Positions 48,986-59,961 are shown, counted from the stretch's first letter. The stretch is DNA of 64,000 bases from an uncultured Gemmatimonadaceae bacterium (GCA_964465315.1 CAYXIK010000010.1:10219-74218), one strand, 5' to 3'. Notes: generated from the letters alone by a model not told the origin. Numbers and translations: made by a program.

Positions 48986-50160
48986 CCCTCACGGCGGCGG
49001 CCCTGACGCTCGGCGGCGCCCTCGTCGCGGGCGTGGCCGCCCTCTGGGCGGGTCTCCTCGCCCTCGGCGAGGAGGCGGCCGTCGGCGAGGCGCTGCATAC
49101 CCTAGGCGATGCCCCCACAACCGTGGGTGGCCGTGTGCCCCTCCATCGCGGTCTGTACGTCGCGCGCCTCGCGCTGCTCGTCCTCGGGGCGGTGGCCGCC
49201 GGGGATGCCCTGGATTGGTGGCGTCGGCCCTGGGCCGAGGCCCTCGGCGCATGGGCGGTGGCGGTTGGGTTCCTCTTCGTGGTTGGCGACGCGCTCCCGC
49301 GGAGTTTGGCGCGGGTTGCGCCGGAGGTCGCGGCGCTAGCCTTGCCGCTGGCCCGTCGCACGCTCGCGCCGTTTGGGCCGCTCCTCTGGCTCCTGGGCTG
49401 GGTGGACCGCGGGCTGCACGGCCTCGTCTCCACGCCGCGCCCGCTCGCGCCGGATCTGGGCGTGGCGCAGCGTGACATGCTCCTCGGCGTGTTCACACTC
49501 GCCGACACCCGGACGGACGAGGTCATGACCCCGCGCCTGGACATGACTGCGGTGGACGTGGCGGCGCCGGTCGAGGACGTCGTCGAGGCGTTCCGCCAGA
49601 GCGAGCACACGCGCCTGCCCGTCTACGACGGAACACCCGATAACATCGTGGGGATCGTATTCGCGAAGGACCTGGTGCCCCTCGTGATGGGCTTGACGGA
49701 CGCGGGCGCGCGCTGGCAGGCCGTGGTCCGGCCCGCCTCGTACGTGCCGGAAGGTAAGACCCTCGACAGCCAGCTCCGCGACTTCCAGCGCGGGCCTGCG
49801 CATCTGGCGATCGTCGTCGACGAATTCGGCGGCACAGCCGGCCTCGTGACGCTCGAGGACATCCTCGAGGAGATCGTGGGCGAGATCCGCGATGAGCATG
49901 ACGTGGGGGAAACCCCGTCGATCCGGCAGGACGGCGATCGGTACTGGGTGGACGGGCGGGTGACGCTCGACGATCTCTCGCACGCGCTGGGGCGGAGCTT
50001 TGAGCACCCGGAGGTCTCGACCGTGGGCGGGCTCGTGTATTCGGTGTTAGGTCGGGTGCCGCGTGCCGGCGACGAGCTCACGCTCGATGGGTACCGAGTA
50101 GTAGTGGAGCGCGTGGACCAGCGCCGGGTGACGCGCGTGGTGGTCCAGAGGCAGTCATGA
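48982..50160 (+). CDS. Hemolysin-family (CNNM/CorC) protein: DUF21 TM domain + CBS pair + CorC_HlyC
   Basis: Track ORF 48934..50160. GTG 48982 gives a GTGA overlap with the ybeY stop. EVMTPRLDM...VVDEFGGTAGLVTLEDILEEIVGEI... Confidence 0.85.
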   Translation: MTLTAAALTLGGALVAGVAALWAGLLALGEEAAVGEALHTLGDAPTTVGGRVPLHRGLYVARLALLVLGAVAAGDALDWWRRPWAEALGAWAVAVGFLFVVGDALPRSLARVAPEVAALALPLARRTLAPFGPLLWLLGWVDRGLHGLVSTPRPLAPDLGVAQRDMLLGVFTLADTRTDEVMTPRLDMTAVDVAAPVEDVVEAFRQSEHTRLPVYDGTPDNIVGIVFAKDLVPLVMGLTDAGARWQAVVRPASYVPEGKTLDSQLRDFQRGPAHLAIVVDEFGGTAGLVTLEDILEEIVGEIRDEHDVGETPSIRQDGDRYWVDGRVTLDDLSHALGRSFEHPEVSTVGGLVYSVLGRVPRAGDELTLDGYRVVVERVDQRRVTRVVVQRQS

Positions 50161-51356
50161 TGCTTCCCCTGGTGCTGCTCGTGAGCGCCCTGGCGCTCGC
50201 GGTGGCGTCCGCGGCGATCGGCGTGGCGGCCGCCGCCGTGAGCCAGGTCGAGCTGACGCGTTGGGTGTCATACAAGCTCCGGGGCTCGGGCGGGGTTGCC
50301 GGTGTGCTCGAGAACCCCGGCCGGGTCCTTGCCACGGCGAACGCGCTCACGACGATCGGCACGCTCTGCGCCGCCGCCGTGATCCCCGCGCTTCTCGCTC
50401 GCACGACGCCAACCGTGCTCGGGATCTTCACCGTCGCGCTCGGGGTGCCCTTGCTCCTGAGCGCGGCGTATCTGGTACCGCGGGTGGTCGGACGGAGGTG
50501 GGCCGAGCCGATCGTCGCCCACGCGGCCCCACGTCTGGAGTGGCTCGGCAAGCTGTTCGCGCCTTTCGTGCCGTGGCGCGACCCGTCGCGCCGCACGACG
50601 CTTGCGGCGGTGTTGACGAGCGCCGACACCGAAGCCCTCGCGTCCGCCGACGAGATGGCCGTGGTGTCGGGCGTGCTGGCGTTCGCGGACCGGCCCGTGC
50701 GGGAGCTGATGACGCCGCGCACGTCCATCGTCGCGATCCCCGAGGGGTTGCTCGCCGCGGAGGCCGCGCACGTGGCCCTCCAGTCCGGCTACAGCCGGTA
50801 CCCCGTATATCGTGGGTCGCTCGACGAAGTCGTCGGCGTCGCCCACGCGTTCGACCTGTTGCGCCTCCCGCCGGACGCGCCCATCCCCGTGCACCCGGCG
50901 CTTGTCGTCCCCGGTACGACACGAGCCGCCGACCTGATGCTCGACATGCAACGCGGCCGGAGTCACCTGGCGGTCGTGCTCGACGAATTCGGCGGCACGG
51001 CCGGCCTCGTGACGTTCGAGGATCTGCTGCGAGACCTGGTGTCCGAGATCTTCGAGCCAGCCGAGCCGTCACCGGGGGTGGAGGCACCGGCCCGTATCGT
51101 CGAGCTCGAGGGCAGCGCCCCGGCCACACGTCTCGAAGAGACCCTCGGCATCACGCTCAAAGCCCCCGGGGTCCAGACCGTGGGCGGCTTGCTCGTCCAC
51201 ACGTTGGGCCGGATTCCCCGGCCCGGCGAGCGGTTCGCCGTGCACGGGCTGGAGTTTGATATCCTGGCCGCAACGGCGACGCGGGTGGAGCGCATCGCGG
51301 TCCGGCCCGGACCGGTGCGCACGGTACCCCTGGAGCGCGTCGAGGAACGGACGTGA
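50157..51356 (+). CDS. Hemolysin-family (CNNM/CorC) protein, tandem paralog
   Basis: 399 aa, ATGA overlap. ELMTPRTSI...VLDEFGGTAGLVTFEDLLRDLVSEI... Confidence 0.85.
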   Translation: MMLPLVLLVSALALAVASAAIGVAAAAVSQVELTRWVSYKLRGSGGVAGVLENPGRVLATANALTTIGTLCAAAVIPALLARTTPTVLGIFTVALGVPLLLSAAYLVPRVVGRRWAEPIVAHAAPRLEWLGKLFAPFVPWRDPSRRTTLAAVLTSADTEALASADEMAVVSGVLAFADRPVRELMTPRTSIVAIPEGLLAAEAAHVALQSGYSRYPVYRGSLDEVVGVAHAFDLLRLPPDAPIPVHPALVVPGTTRAADLMLDMQRGRSHLAVVLDEFGGTAGLVTFEDLLRDLVSEIFEPAEPSPGVEAPARIVELEGSAPATRLEETLGITLKAPGVQTVGGLLVHTLGRIPRPGERFAVHGLEFDILAATATRVERIAVRPGPVRTVPLERVEERT

Positions 51357-51384
51357 GACTCCACTTATTGCATGGTTACTTTGC

Positions 51385-52449
51385 ATGAGCGTGGAGCGCA
51401 TCCTCGAAGGGCTCACCCGACGCGAGCCTGCCGCATTGGCGCGGGCCATCACCCTCGTCGAGAACCAGCGAGACGGGTTCGAGCGCGTGCTGTCGCACGC
51501 CCACGGGCTGCTCGGCCGGAGTGGCGCGAGGCGCGTCGGCATCACCGGGCCACCCGGCGCAGGTAAGAGCACGCTCACCGAAGCGCTCATTCAGCGGTTT
51601 CGGGCACAGTCGCTCTCCGTCGGCGTCGTGGCGGTCGATCCCACGAGCCCGTTTACCGGTGGCGCCCTGCTCGGCGATCGGATTCGCATGGAGTCCGGGA
51701 GCCTCGACCCGCAGGTGTTCATCCGGTCGATGGCCACCCGGGGCGCGCACGGGGGGCTCGCTACCACGACCGAAGAGGTCACTGACCTCTTGGAGGCGTT
51801 CGGCTTCCAGCGGATCATCGTGGAGACGGTAGGAGTGGGGCAGACAGAGCTCGACATCGCCCGCACCGCGGAGACGACGGTGCTCGTCCTCGTCCCGGAA
51901 TCGGGCGACGGCATCCAGACCCTCAAGGCCGGCGTGATGGAAATCGCCGATCTGTACGTGGTGAACAAGAGCGATCGCGCCGGCGCGGACAAGTTGCGCC
52001 AGGAAGTCGAGGTCATGCTTGGGATCCGGCGGGGGAACGCGTTCCGACACGTCGCTCCCCACCACCGAGCGGACAGTCGGACGGTCGGACAATCGGACCG
52101 TGGGCGTCATCCGTCACGTCCGACGGTCCGACAGTCCGACGACTGGGAGCCTCCTGTACTCGCGACGGTCGCATCGACCGGCGCCGGGGTGGATGAGCTG
52201 GCGGCCGCCCTGGATCGCCACCACGTCTATCTTCAGGCGAGCGGGCAGCTCGCGGAGCGGCGCCGACGCCGGCTCGCGGCCCGGACCAGGGCCGTGCTAG
52301 AACGTGGGGTGCAGCGCTGGCTCGTGGAAGCGACCCGCGCCGAGGAATTGTTGCAGCAGCGGCTGGACGAAGTGGCCGACGGGCGCCGCAGCCCGTACGA
52401 CGTCGCGGCGGAGATCCTCGATCAGGTGAAAGCGGGGGTGGCGAGATGA
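51385..52449 (+). CDS. meaB: Methylmalonyl-CoA mutase-associated G-protein chaperone MeaB/ArgK, with an internal repeat-encoded insertion
   Basis: Track ORF 51256..52449, trimmed to ATG 51385 ([10 protein letters not shown]). P-loop [10 protein letters not shown], then VETVGVGQ and VNKSDR. Confidence 0.9.
   Translation: MSVERILEGLTRREPAALARAITLVENQRDGFERVLSHAHGLLGRSGARRVGITGPPGAGKSTLTEALIQRFRAQSLSVGVVAVDPTSPFTGGALLGDRIRMESGSLDPQVFIRSMATRGAHGGLATTTEEVTDLLEAFGFQRIIVETVGVGQTELDIARTAETTVLVLVPESGDGIQTLKAGVMEIADLYVVNKSDRAGADKLRQEVEVMLGIRRGNAFRHVAPHHRADSRTVGQSDRGRHPSRPTVRQSDDWEPPVLATVASTGAGVDELAAALDRHHVYLQASGQLAERRRRRLAARTRAVLERGVQRWLVEATRAEELLQQRLDEVADGRRSPYDVAAEILDQVKAGVAR
52071..52143 (+). repeat. 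Octamer-periodic / 24-nt direct repeat block inside meaB
   Basis: The sequence is ggacagtc ggacggtc ggacaatc ggaccgtg, a spacer, then gtccgacg gtccgaca gtccgacg. It contains two in-frame 24-nt units (52078-52101 and 52120-52143) encoding xTVxxSDx. Confidence 0.7.
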
Positions 52450-54011
52450 GCGGAGGCGAGCGGAAGGCCGTCTACACGCCGGACGACCTGGCCGGCTTTG
52501 ACGCGCACCGCGCGTTGGGCCGAGCGGGCGATTACCCGTTCACTCGCGGCATCCACCCGACCATGTACCGGGGCAGACTCTGGACCATGCGCCAGTTCGC
52601 GGGCTTCGGCAGCGCCGAAGACACGAACCGGCGGTACAAGTTTCTCCTCGAGCATGGGCAGACCGGTCTGTCGGTGGCGTTCGACTTCCCCACGTTGATG
52701 GGCTACGACTCGGATCATCCGCGCGCGGAAGGTGAGGTCGGGAGGTGCGGCGTGGCCATCTCCTCGCTCGCCGACATGGAGGACCTGTTCCGCGGGATCC
52801 CGCTCGATCGGGTCTCGACGTCCATGACCATCAACGGCCCGGCGGCGATGCTGTTCTGCTTCTACGTCGCCGCCGCCGAGAAGCAGGGCGTCTCGTCCGA
52901 CAAGCTGCGCGGCACCGTGCAGAACGACATTCTCAAGGAGTACATGGCCCAGCACGCCTGGGTGTATCCGGTAGAGCCTGCGCTCAAGATCATCGTGGAC
53001 ATGTTCGAGTGGTGCGCGGAGCACGCCCCATTGTGGAACACGATCTCGATCTCGGGCTACCACATCCGCGAGGCCGGGGCGACCGCCGCGCAGGAGCTCG
53101 CGTTCACGCTGGCGAATGGGTTCACCTACGTTGAGCGGGGGCTCGTGCGTGGACTGGACGTGGACGACTTCGCGCCCCGCCTGTCATTCTTCTGGGACAT
53201 TCACAACGACTTTTTCGAAGAGATCGCGAAGCTGCGCGCGGCCCGCCGGATCTGGGCGCGTCACGTAAAGGAGCGCTACCACGCAACGAATCCGCGCTCC
53301 TGCATGATGCGTTTCCACTCGCAGACGGCGGGGGTCACGCTCACGGCGCAGCAGCCCATGAACAACGTCGTGCGAGTCGCGTATCAGGCTCTCGCGGCGG
53401 TGCTCGGGGGCACACAGTCGCTCCACACCAATTCGCTCGACGAGACGCTGGCGCTCCCCACGGAGGAAGCCGTGCGGCTCGCCCTCCGTACGCAGCAGAT
53501 CATCGCGCACGAGACCGGCGTGGCTGACGTCATCGACCCGTTGGGCGGGTCGTACTACGTCGAGTCGCTGACCGACCAGCTCGAGCGTGAGGCGGAAGCC
53601 CTGTTCGCCGAAATCCAGTCCGTGGGTGGCGTGGTCCGGGGCATCGAGAGCGGCTGGTTCCAGCAGCAAATCGCCCGTTCCGCGGAGGCGTTCCAGCGAG
53701 ACGTCGAGGCAGGGGGGCGCGTGCTGGTCGGCGTCAACGATTTCCTGAGCGAGGACGATCATCCCGTCGAGATTCTCAAGGTCTCGGGCGACGCGGAGGA
53801 GAGCCAACGGCGCCGGCTGGCACGCCTGCGCGCCGAGCGCGACGGGGCGCTCGTCGCGGAGCGCCTCGAGGCGCTGCGGCGCGCGGCCCAGGCCGACCGC
53901 AACCTGCTGGGCCCGATGCTGGACTGCGCGCGCGCCTATTGCACGTTGTACGAGATCCGGCACGCGCTCGAGAGTGTCTACGGCGCCTACCGCGAGCCCG
54001 TCTTCTTCTAA
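52446..54011 (+). CDS. Methylmalonyl-CoA (acyl-CoA) mutase, large catalytic subunit (split form, no B12 domain)
   Basis: 521 aa, ATGA overlap with mea[60 protein letters not shown]. Confidence 0.92.
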   Translation: MSGGERKAVYTPDDLAGFDAHRALGRAGDYPFTRGIHPTMYRGRLWTMRQFAGFGSAEDTNRRYKFLLEHGQTGLSVAFDFPTLMGYDSDHPRAEGEVGRCGVAISSLADMEDLFRGIPLDRVSTSMTINGPAAMLFCFYVAAAEKQGVSSDKLRGTVQNDILKEYMAQHAWVYPVEPALKIIVDMFEWCAEHAPLWNTISISGYHIREAGATAAQELAFTLANGFTYVERGLVRGLDVDDFAPRLSFFWDIHNDFFEEIAKLRAARRIWARHVKERYHATNPRSCMMRFHSQTAGVTLTAQQPMNNVVRVAYQALAAVLGGTQSLHTNSLDETLALPTEEAVRLALRTQQIIAHETGVADVIDPLGGSYYVESLTDQLEREAEALFAEIQSVGGVVRGIESGWFQQQIARSAEAFQRDVEAGGRVLVGVNDFLSEDDHPVEILKVSGDAEESQRRRLARLRAERDGALVAERLEALRRAAQADRNLLGPMLDCARAYCTLYEIRHALESVYGAYREPVFF

Positions 54012-54014
54012 GCC

Positions 54015-55127
54015 ATGACCGCCCTTCCGATTCCGACCCGAGACAACGCCGTGCGCGCGGCCGTCGAGCGGCTGTCGCGCATCGAGGCCGGTGACTATCA
54101 GGTGGTCTCGTGCTACCTGAAACTCGAGCCGCGCGACAAGACGCGCGGCAAGTACCTCATCAAGATGAAGAATCGCGTGCGCGAGGCCGCCACGGCCCTC
54201 GAGCGCCAGGATCTGGAGCGCGCCGTGCGGGACGCGGTGGCCGCGGACCTGGACTGCGTGCTTCGCTACTTCGAGGAGCCGAGCCGGCTCCCGCCGGCCC
54301 GCGGGATCGCCCTGTTTGCCTGCCGAACCCTGGCGTTGTTCGATGTGCTCCCGCTGCCCCACGTGCACCGCTCCCGCCTCGCGGTGGCCCCGGTCCCGCT
54401 GGTGCGGGAACTCGTCGCCCTCGACGAGGAGGTCGGGACCATTCTCATCGTCGCCTGCGACCGCACCGGAGCGCGGTTTTTCGAAGTCACGGCGTACGGC
54501 GTGGTCGAGCTCCCGAGCCTCACCGCCTGGGCCACGCGACCGGGGAAGTTTCACGGCGAGCGCCAGGCGAAACGGGGGAGCGTCCTCGCGGGTGGGTTCG
54601 GGGAGCACAACTATCACATGCGCATTCGCGAAGAGAAGCACCGCCACTATGCGCAGGTGGCCCAACAGATCTTCCACATCCATACGCAGCGCCCCCTCGC
54701 CGGGCTCGCGCTCGCGGGTGTGGGCGTCGACGCCGGCGCCCTGCTGCCACACCTGCATACCTACCTGCACGACCTGGTCCTCGGTGTGGTCCGATTGAAC
54801 CCGAAACGTCTCGCCGCCGCCGAAGTGCGTGAGGCCGCCCTCGCGTTGCGCGAGGAGCGTGAGCGCGCCTGGGAGCGCGCGCACGCCGAAGCGGTACGCG
54901 AGGGTGTGGGCACCGGCTGGGCAGTCAACGGCGTGGAGGGCACGCTCCGAGCGCTCCAGCGAGGCCAGGTCCGGACGCTCTTGGCCGATGGGCAGGACGA
55001 CGACCCGCGCATAGACGACGCCGTTGAGGACGCACTCGCCCAGCGCGTCCAGGTGGACGTCGTGTACGACGAGCGGGCCCGCCGGGTCGTGGACGGACTG
55101 GCGGGCCTGCTGCGGTTCCGCCGCTGA
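54015..55127 (+). CDS. aeRF1/Pelota-superfamily (release-factor-like) protein lacking canonical GGQ
   Basis: 370 aa. [16 protein letters not shown]...[38 protein letters not shown] resembles the eRF1 M-domain. The C-terminal [20 protein letters not shown]...GLAGLLRFR resembles eRF1/Pelota domain 3. Confidence 0.65.
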   Translation: MTALPIPTRDNAVRAAVERLSRIEAGDYQVVSCYLKLEPRDKTRGKYLIKMKNRVREAATALERQDLERAVRDAVAADLDCVLRYFEEPSRLPPARGIALFACRTLALFDVLPLPHVHRSRLAVAPVPLVRELVALDEEVGTILIVACDRTGARFFEVTAYGVVELPSLTAWATRPGKFHGERQAKRGSVLAGGFGEHNYHMRIREEKHRHYAQVAQQIFHIHTQRPLAGLALAGVGVDAGALLPHLHTYLHDLVLGVVRLNPKRLAAAEVREAALALREERERAWERAHAEAVREGVGTGWAVNGVEGTLRALQRGQVRTLLADGQDDDPRIDDAVEDALAQRVQVDVVYDERARRVVDGLAGLLRFRR

Positions 55128-55543
55128 TGCCGATCCCGAAGCGTCCCATCCGGGTGCTGGTGGCGAAGCCCGGCCTGGACGGCCACGACCGTGGCGCCAA
55201 AGTCGTGGCGGCGGCGCTCCGCGACGCCGGAATGGAGGTCATCTACACGGGGCTGCACCAGACACCCGAGATGATCGCCCAGGCCGCGATGCAGGAGGAT
55301 GTTGACGTCGTGGGGCTGTCCATCCTTTCCGGCGCCCACCTGACGCTCTTCCCCCGGGTCAAGCAGCTGCTAGTCGAGGCCGGACGTGACGACGTCCTGG
55401 TGACGGGCGGCGGCATCATTCCTCCGGAGGACATCGACGCGCTGCGCGAGCATGGGATTGGCCGGCTGTTCGGACCCGGCACGCCGACGTCCGAGCTCGT
55501 GAAATACATCGAAGAGTGGGCGGCCGAGCATGTCTCGGCGTAG
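55127..55543 (+). CDS. Acyl-CoA mutase small subunit, cobalamin-binding domain
   Basis: 138 aa. [19 protein letters not shown] (DxHxxG)...[11 protein letters not shown]...GGGIIP. Its ATG overlaps the preceding stop (TGATG). Confidence 0.92.
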   Translation: MPIPKRPIRVLVAKPGLDGHDRGAKVVAAALRDAGMEVIYTGLHQTPEMIAQAAMQEDVDVVGLSILSGAHLTLFPRVKQLLVEAGRDDVLVTGGGIIPPEDIDALREHGIGRLFGPGTPTSELVKYIEEWAAEHVSA

Positions 55544-55552
55544 CGGCAGTCG

Positions 55553-57121
55553 ATGAGCCGTCTCAAAACGCTGACCGACGAGTATCGCGAGCTCCGGGCG
55601 CGCCTCGAGCAGGGAGGCGGACCGGACAAGGTGCGCCGCCAGCACGAGCAGGGGAAACTCACCGCGCGCGAGCGGATCACCGGGCTCTTGGACCGGGACG
55701 CGGAGTGGCTCGAGATCGGGTTGCTCGTGGCGTCGGATCAATACGACGGCCAGGCGCCTGCGGCCGGGGTCGTGACCGGCCTTGGACGCATCGCGGGCCG
55801 TCCGGTCGTGGTGATCGCGAACGACGCGACCGTAAAGGCGGGATCCTGGTGGCCGGAGACCATCAAGAAGATGCTCCGCGCCCAGGAGATCGCCATGCGC
55901 CAGCGGATTCCCATCATCTACCTCGTGGACTCCGCCGGCGTGAACCTCCCGTACCAGGGAGGCGTGTTCCCCGGCCAGTACGGCGCCGCGCGGATCTTCT
56001 ACTACAACTCGATCATGCGCCGCTATCTGAAAGTGCCGCAGATCGCCGCCGTCATGGGCCCGTGCATCGCCGGCGGCGCGTACTTGCCCGCCCTCTCCGA
56101 CGTGATCTTCATGGTCGAGGGCACGTCCTTCATGGGTTTGGGGGGCCCGAATCTCGTCAAGGGGGCGACCGGGCAAGTAGTGGACGCCGAGTCGCTCGGC
56201 GGCGCCGCCACGCACACCACGGTGAGCGCCGTGGCGCACTACCGCGCGAAGGACGACGCGGAGTGCCTCGCACGCATCCGCGAGTACGTCGCTCGGCTGC
56301 CCCGGTCACTGCGGCCGCCCGCGGCGGACGGGAAGCCGAAGCGGAACCCGAAAGAGCTGTATGACCTCCTGCCGTCGGACCATCGCATGAGCTACGACGT
56401 CCGCGCCGTGCTCGAGTGCGTGCTCGATGCCGGGGAGCTCGACGAGTTCCAGCCGGACGTCGCGCCTGAGATGATCTGCGGCCACGGCGCCATCGAAGGC
56501 CGCTCGGTGGCGGTCATCGCCAACTCCCGCGGGGTCATCAAGGGAAGGAAGGGTCAACCGCCCAAGATCGGCGGCATCATCTACACGGAGAGCGCCGAGA
56601 AGGTCGCCTACTTCATCGAGAATGCCGACCGCGAGCGGATCCCGATCCTTTTCGTCCAGGACGTGTCCGGCTTCATGGTCGGCACCGAAGCCGAGCACTC
56701 CGGGATCATCCGGGCCGGGGCGCGCTTCGTCGAAGCGATGGCGACCGCCACCGTTCCCAAGCTGGTGCTCACGGTCAACCACGCCTCGGGGGCGGGCTAC
56801 TACGCGATGGCCGGGCAGGGGTTTGATCCTGATTTCATCGTCTCGTGGCCGACGGGACGCATGGGCGTGATGGAAGGGGAATCGGCCATCCAGGCGGTGT
56901 TCGGCAACGACGCGGCGAAGGCGGAAAACGCCGGCGCGGTGGACGCGATGCGCGCCGATTACGACCATCAGCTCGACGCGCGGTTTGCCGGCGCCCGCGG
57001 CTTCGTGGACGCGATCCTCGTGCCCGAGGAAACCCGCGACATCCTCGCCTTTCTACTCGAGGCGAGCACGGAATTCACCGGCCCCCACGTCGGGGCGTTT
57101 GTCCTCCCGAGCTCTCCATGA
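55553..57121 (+). CDS. Acyl-CoA carboxylase carboxyltransferase beta subunit (MccB/AtuC-like)
   Basis: 522 aa. KLTARERI...VVIANDATVKAGSWWPETIKKMLRAQEIAMRQRIPIIYLVDSAGVNLPYQ resembles the methylcrotonyl/geranyl-CoA carboxylase beta pattern. Confidence 0.88.
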   Translation: MSRLKTLTDEYRELRARLEQGGGPDKVRRQHEQGKLTARERITGLLDRDAEWLEIGLLVASDQYDGQAPAAGVVTGLGRIAGRPVVVIANDATVKAGSWWPETIKKMLRAQEIAMRQRIPIIYLVDSAGVNLPYQGGVFPGQYGAARIFYYNSIMRRYLKVPQIAAVMGPCIAGGAYLPALSDVIFMVEGTSFMGLGGPNLVKGATGQVVDAESLGGAATHTTVSAVAHYRAKDDAECLARIREYVARLPRSLRPPAADGKPKRNPKELYDLLPSDHRMSYDVRAVLECVLDAGELDEFQPDVAPEMICGHGAIEGRSVAVIANSRGVIKGRKGQPPKIGGIIYTESAEKVAYFIENADRERIPILFVQDVSGFMVGTEAEHSGIIRAGARFVEAMATATVPKLVLTVNHASGAGYYAMAGQGFDPDFIVSWPTGRMGVMEGESAIQAVFGNDAAKAENAGAVDAMRADYDHQLDARFAGARGFVDAILVPEETRDILAFLLEASTEFTGPHVGAFVLPSSP

Positions 57122-59961
57122 CGACTCGTCGACTTGTCCTGCTGTCGATCGCGCTCGCGGCGTGTGGTGGTGCGCCGCCCCGGCCAGCGACGGCCCCTAC
57201 GCCTGCCTCAGCGCCGATGGCGGGCGCGCCCCCCGCGCCGGCCGACGCGAGCGCCACGACGGCCGCTCCCGCGGCCCGCGGCAAAGAGCCCGCGCTGCCG
57301 CCCGCGGTGGCACTCATGGCGGGCCTCATGCCCCTCCGCAGTACAGGCGTCGACCAGTTTCAAACGCGCCACCCGGCCTACGATGGTCGTGGGGTGCTGA
57401 TTGCGATTCTCGACACCGGCATCGACCCGGGCGTCAGCGGGCTGATCACGACCAGTACCGGCGCGCCCAAGATCGTCGAGCTGCGCGACTTCTCCGCCGA
57501 GGGCGCGGTCGCGCTCACGCCCGTCGCGCCCGCCGGGGACGGCACCGTGTCGGTCGGCGGACGAAAGCTCGCTGGCGCCGGCCGGATTGGCCGCCTCACG
57601 AGCGCCAGCACCTGGTACGCCGGCTTGCTGCGCGAGCTCCCGCTCGGAAAGACGCCCGCCGCGGACCTGAACGGCGACGGGAACAATACCGACGCCTTCC
57701 CGGTGATCGTCGTGAAGGCAACGGACGGCTGGGTCGCGTTCATCGACTCGAACCTGAACGGCTCGTTCGACGACGAGATGCCGCTGCACGACTACCGCCA
57801 AGGACGCGAGACGATCGCCCTCGGAACACAGCCGATCACGCTCGCGGCCAATTTCGCGGAGGCGAACGGGGTTCCGACGCTCGATTTCTTCTTCGACAAT
57901 GGCGGCCACGGGACTCACGTCGCCGGCATCGCGGCCGGGCACAGCCTCTTCAACCTGGCGGGGTTCGACGGCGTCGCGCCGGGCGCCCAGCTCCTCGGCT
58001 TGAAGATCGCGAACGCGGCCCGGGGCGGCATTTCCGTCAGCGGCAGCATGCAGCGCGCCATGCAGTACGCCTCCCGCTACGCGGAGCAGCGCAATATGCC
58101 GTTGGTGCTGAACCTGAGCTTCGGCGTCGGGAACGAATTCGAGGGCCGGGCCGTCATCGACTCCATCGTGAACGCATTTCTCGTTTCGCACCCCGGAATC
58201 GTGTTCACGATCAGCGCGGGCAACGATGGCCCGGGTCTGTCCACGATGGGATTTCCCGCCTCGGCGGATCTCGCGTTGTCCGTCGGCGCCTCGTACCCCG
58301 GCGCCTTCGCCCGCCCGCCCCAGGCCGGCACGCCGCCGGCCTCGGACGTGATGGGGTGGTGGAGCTCGCGCGGCGGCGAGCTCGCCAAACCGGACATCGT
58401 GGCGCCGGGCGTCGCATTTTCGTCCGTCCCTCGCTGGGATACTGAGAACGAGGTGAAGGGAGGGACGAGCATGGCGGCACCTCACGTCGCGGGTCTCGCG
58501 GCGTGTCTCCTGTCCGCCATGCAGCAGGCGGGCCGCCGCGTGAGTGCGGCCGACGTCGCGCAGGCCCTGCGTGCGTCCGCGGTGCCGTTCACCGGTGAGA
58601 CCGTGATCGATGACGGCGCCGGTCTTCCTCGGCTCGAGGTGGCGTATGACTGGTTGCTCGCCGGCCATCAGGGATCGGCGTACGTGATCCGCGCGCCGGG
58701 CGGCACCTCCGCGGCATTCCGGCGGACCGGCCTGACGGCGCCCGACGATACGCTGCAACTGTTCCGCGTGCACCACGCGGCCGGGCTCCGGGTGGCGCAG
58801 TTCCTGCTCAAGAGCGACGCCCCCTGGCTGTCGGTGCCCCCGAGCGTGCAGGCAGGCGCGCGCGAAACCGAGATCCCGGTGACCTACCAGCCCGCCGCGC
58901 TCACCGCGCCCGGTATGCACGTCGGCGTGGTGAGCGCGCGCAACGCGAGCGACACGCTCGCGGGCCCCGTTTTCCTGCTCGCGAACACCGTCATCGTCCC
59001 GTTGGATCTCAGCGCCAAGCCGTTGTTCGACGAACGACGGGCGATCGGGCCCGCGCGCGTGCAGCGGTATTTCCTGCGAGTGCCGGAGACCGGGGGCGGG
59101 GGGGCAACGCTCGAGACGACCGTCACCCTGCCGGACTCGCTGCAGCAGGGAGCCACGGCGCGGCTGTATGAGCCGGATGGCCAGCCGTTTCGCGACGCGG
59201 AAGAGATCCCGTTGGGTCGCAGCGACCCGGGCACGGCCCGCTTCGTAGTCCGTGCCGAGGACGTAGTCCCGGGTGTCTACGAGCTGGACGTGTTCGCCCC
59301 ACCCCTGGCCAGTGCCACGGCGACCGTCCGTGCAGCCCTCGCGCCTATCACCCTCGCCGAGACCGCCGGGCGGATCGAGGCGTCGGATCTGGGTGTCGAG
59401 TCAGTCACTGGACGCGCGCTGACGCAGCTGATCGGCGCCGGTCGAGTGGTGAGCCTGGCTGGGCGGGGAGCCCCGGCGGAGAGCGTGACGGTCCGCGTGT
59501 CGGAGTGGGCCGCCCGGGTTGTGATCGACGTGACCATGCCCCGCGAGCAGTGGAACGATTTCACGGACTTCGGAGTCACCGACTACGACTCGACGGGCCA
59601 GCAGGTCGGTCAGGGCGCGTTGAACTACGCGGTCGGCCGCCACACCCTCACCGTCCCGCCGGCGCTTCGCGGGCATCCGCTCACCATCGAGCTTTTCCCC
59701 GCATTCGCGCGCGAGGACGGCGCCCATCCGTGGCCTGCGCAAGTGAGTGTGCGCTTCCTCCTCGCCGCCCCCCGTCCTTTGGGCGACGGGACGGACATGA
59801 AGGTCGTGCCGGGGGGGCACGCCGCCGTCCCGCTCGGGAAAGCTCCCGGCGACCTATCTCTCCCGGAGGGCTTCGCGCCGCTCGTCGAGCTGCGCGTACA
59901 AAGCCCCGGCGGCGTCGCGCCCGACGCCGTGCGGCGCGTGATGTTGTCCTCCCCCCGGTGA
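57118..59961 (+). CDS. S8 (subtilisin-family) serine peptidase lipoprotein, TPPII-like spacing of catalytic triad
   Basis: Track ORF 56845..59961, trimmed to ATG 57118 ([22 protein letters not shown] overlap). Catalytic Asp in IAILDTGID, His in [13 protein letters not shown], Ser in [15 protein letters not shown]. Confidence 0.88.
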   Translation: MTTRRLVLLSIALAACGGAPPRPATAPTPASAPMAGAPPAPADASATTAAPAARGKEPALPPAVALMAGLMPLRSTGVDQFQTRHPAYDGRGVLIAILDTGIDPGVSGLITTSTGAPKIVELRDFSAEGAVALTPVAPAGDGTVSVGGRKLAGAGRIGRLTSASTWYAGLLRELPLGKTPAADLNGDGNNTDAFPVIVVKATDGWVAFIDSNLNGSFDDEMPLHDYRQGRETIALGTQPITLAANFAEANGVPTLDFFFDNGGHGTHVAGIAAGHSLFNLAGFDGVAPGAQLLGLKIANAARGGISVSGSMQRAMQYASRYAEQRNMPLVLNLSFGVGNEFEGRAVIDSIVNAFLVSHPGIVFTISAGNDGPGLSTMGFPASADLALSVGASYPGAFARPPQAGTPPASDVMGWWSSRGGELAKPDIVAPGVAFSSVPRWDTENEVKGGTSMAAPHVAGLAACLLSAMQQAGRRVSAADVAQALRASAVPFTGETVIDDGAGLPRLEVAYDWLLAGHQGSAYVIRAPGGTSAAFRRTGLTAPDDTLQLFRVHHAAGLRVAQFLLKSDAPWLSVPPSVQAGARETEIPVTYQPAALTAPGMHVGVVSARNASDTLAGPVFLLANTVIVPLDLSAKPLFDERRAIGPARVQRYFLRVPETGGGGATLETTVTLPDSLQQGATARLYEPDGQPFRDAEEIPLGRSDPGTARFVVRAEDVVPGVYELDVFAPPLASATATVRAALAPITLAETAGRIEASDLGVESVTGRALTQLIGAGRVVSLAGRGAPAESVTVRVSEWAARVVIDVTMPREQWNDFTDFGVTDYDSTGQQVGQGALNYAVGRHTLTVPPALRGHPLTIELFPAFAREDGAHPWPAQVSVRFLLAAPRPLGDGTDMKVVPGGHAAVPLGKAPGDLSLPEGFAPLVELRVQSPGGVAPDAVRRVMLSSPR

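Noticed and set aside
52071-52143. Possibility that the meaB repeat block is a CRISPR array or a MITE with terminal inverted repeats
   Set aside because: The units are only 8 nt (or 24 nt), with no spacer-sized unique segments and no target-site duplication. The block is in frame within an intact ORF, so it is reported as an in-frame repeat instead.
53184-54884. 566-aa minus-strand ORF across the mutase/eRF1-like junction
   Set aside because: It is antisense to two plus-strand genes with clear homology and spans their intergenic junction. Its composition is a typical shadow ORF.
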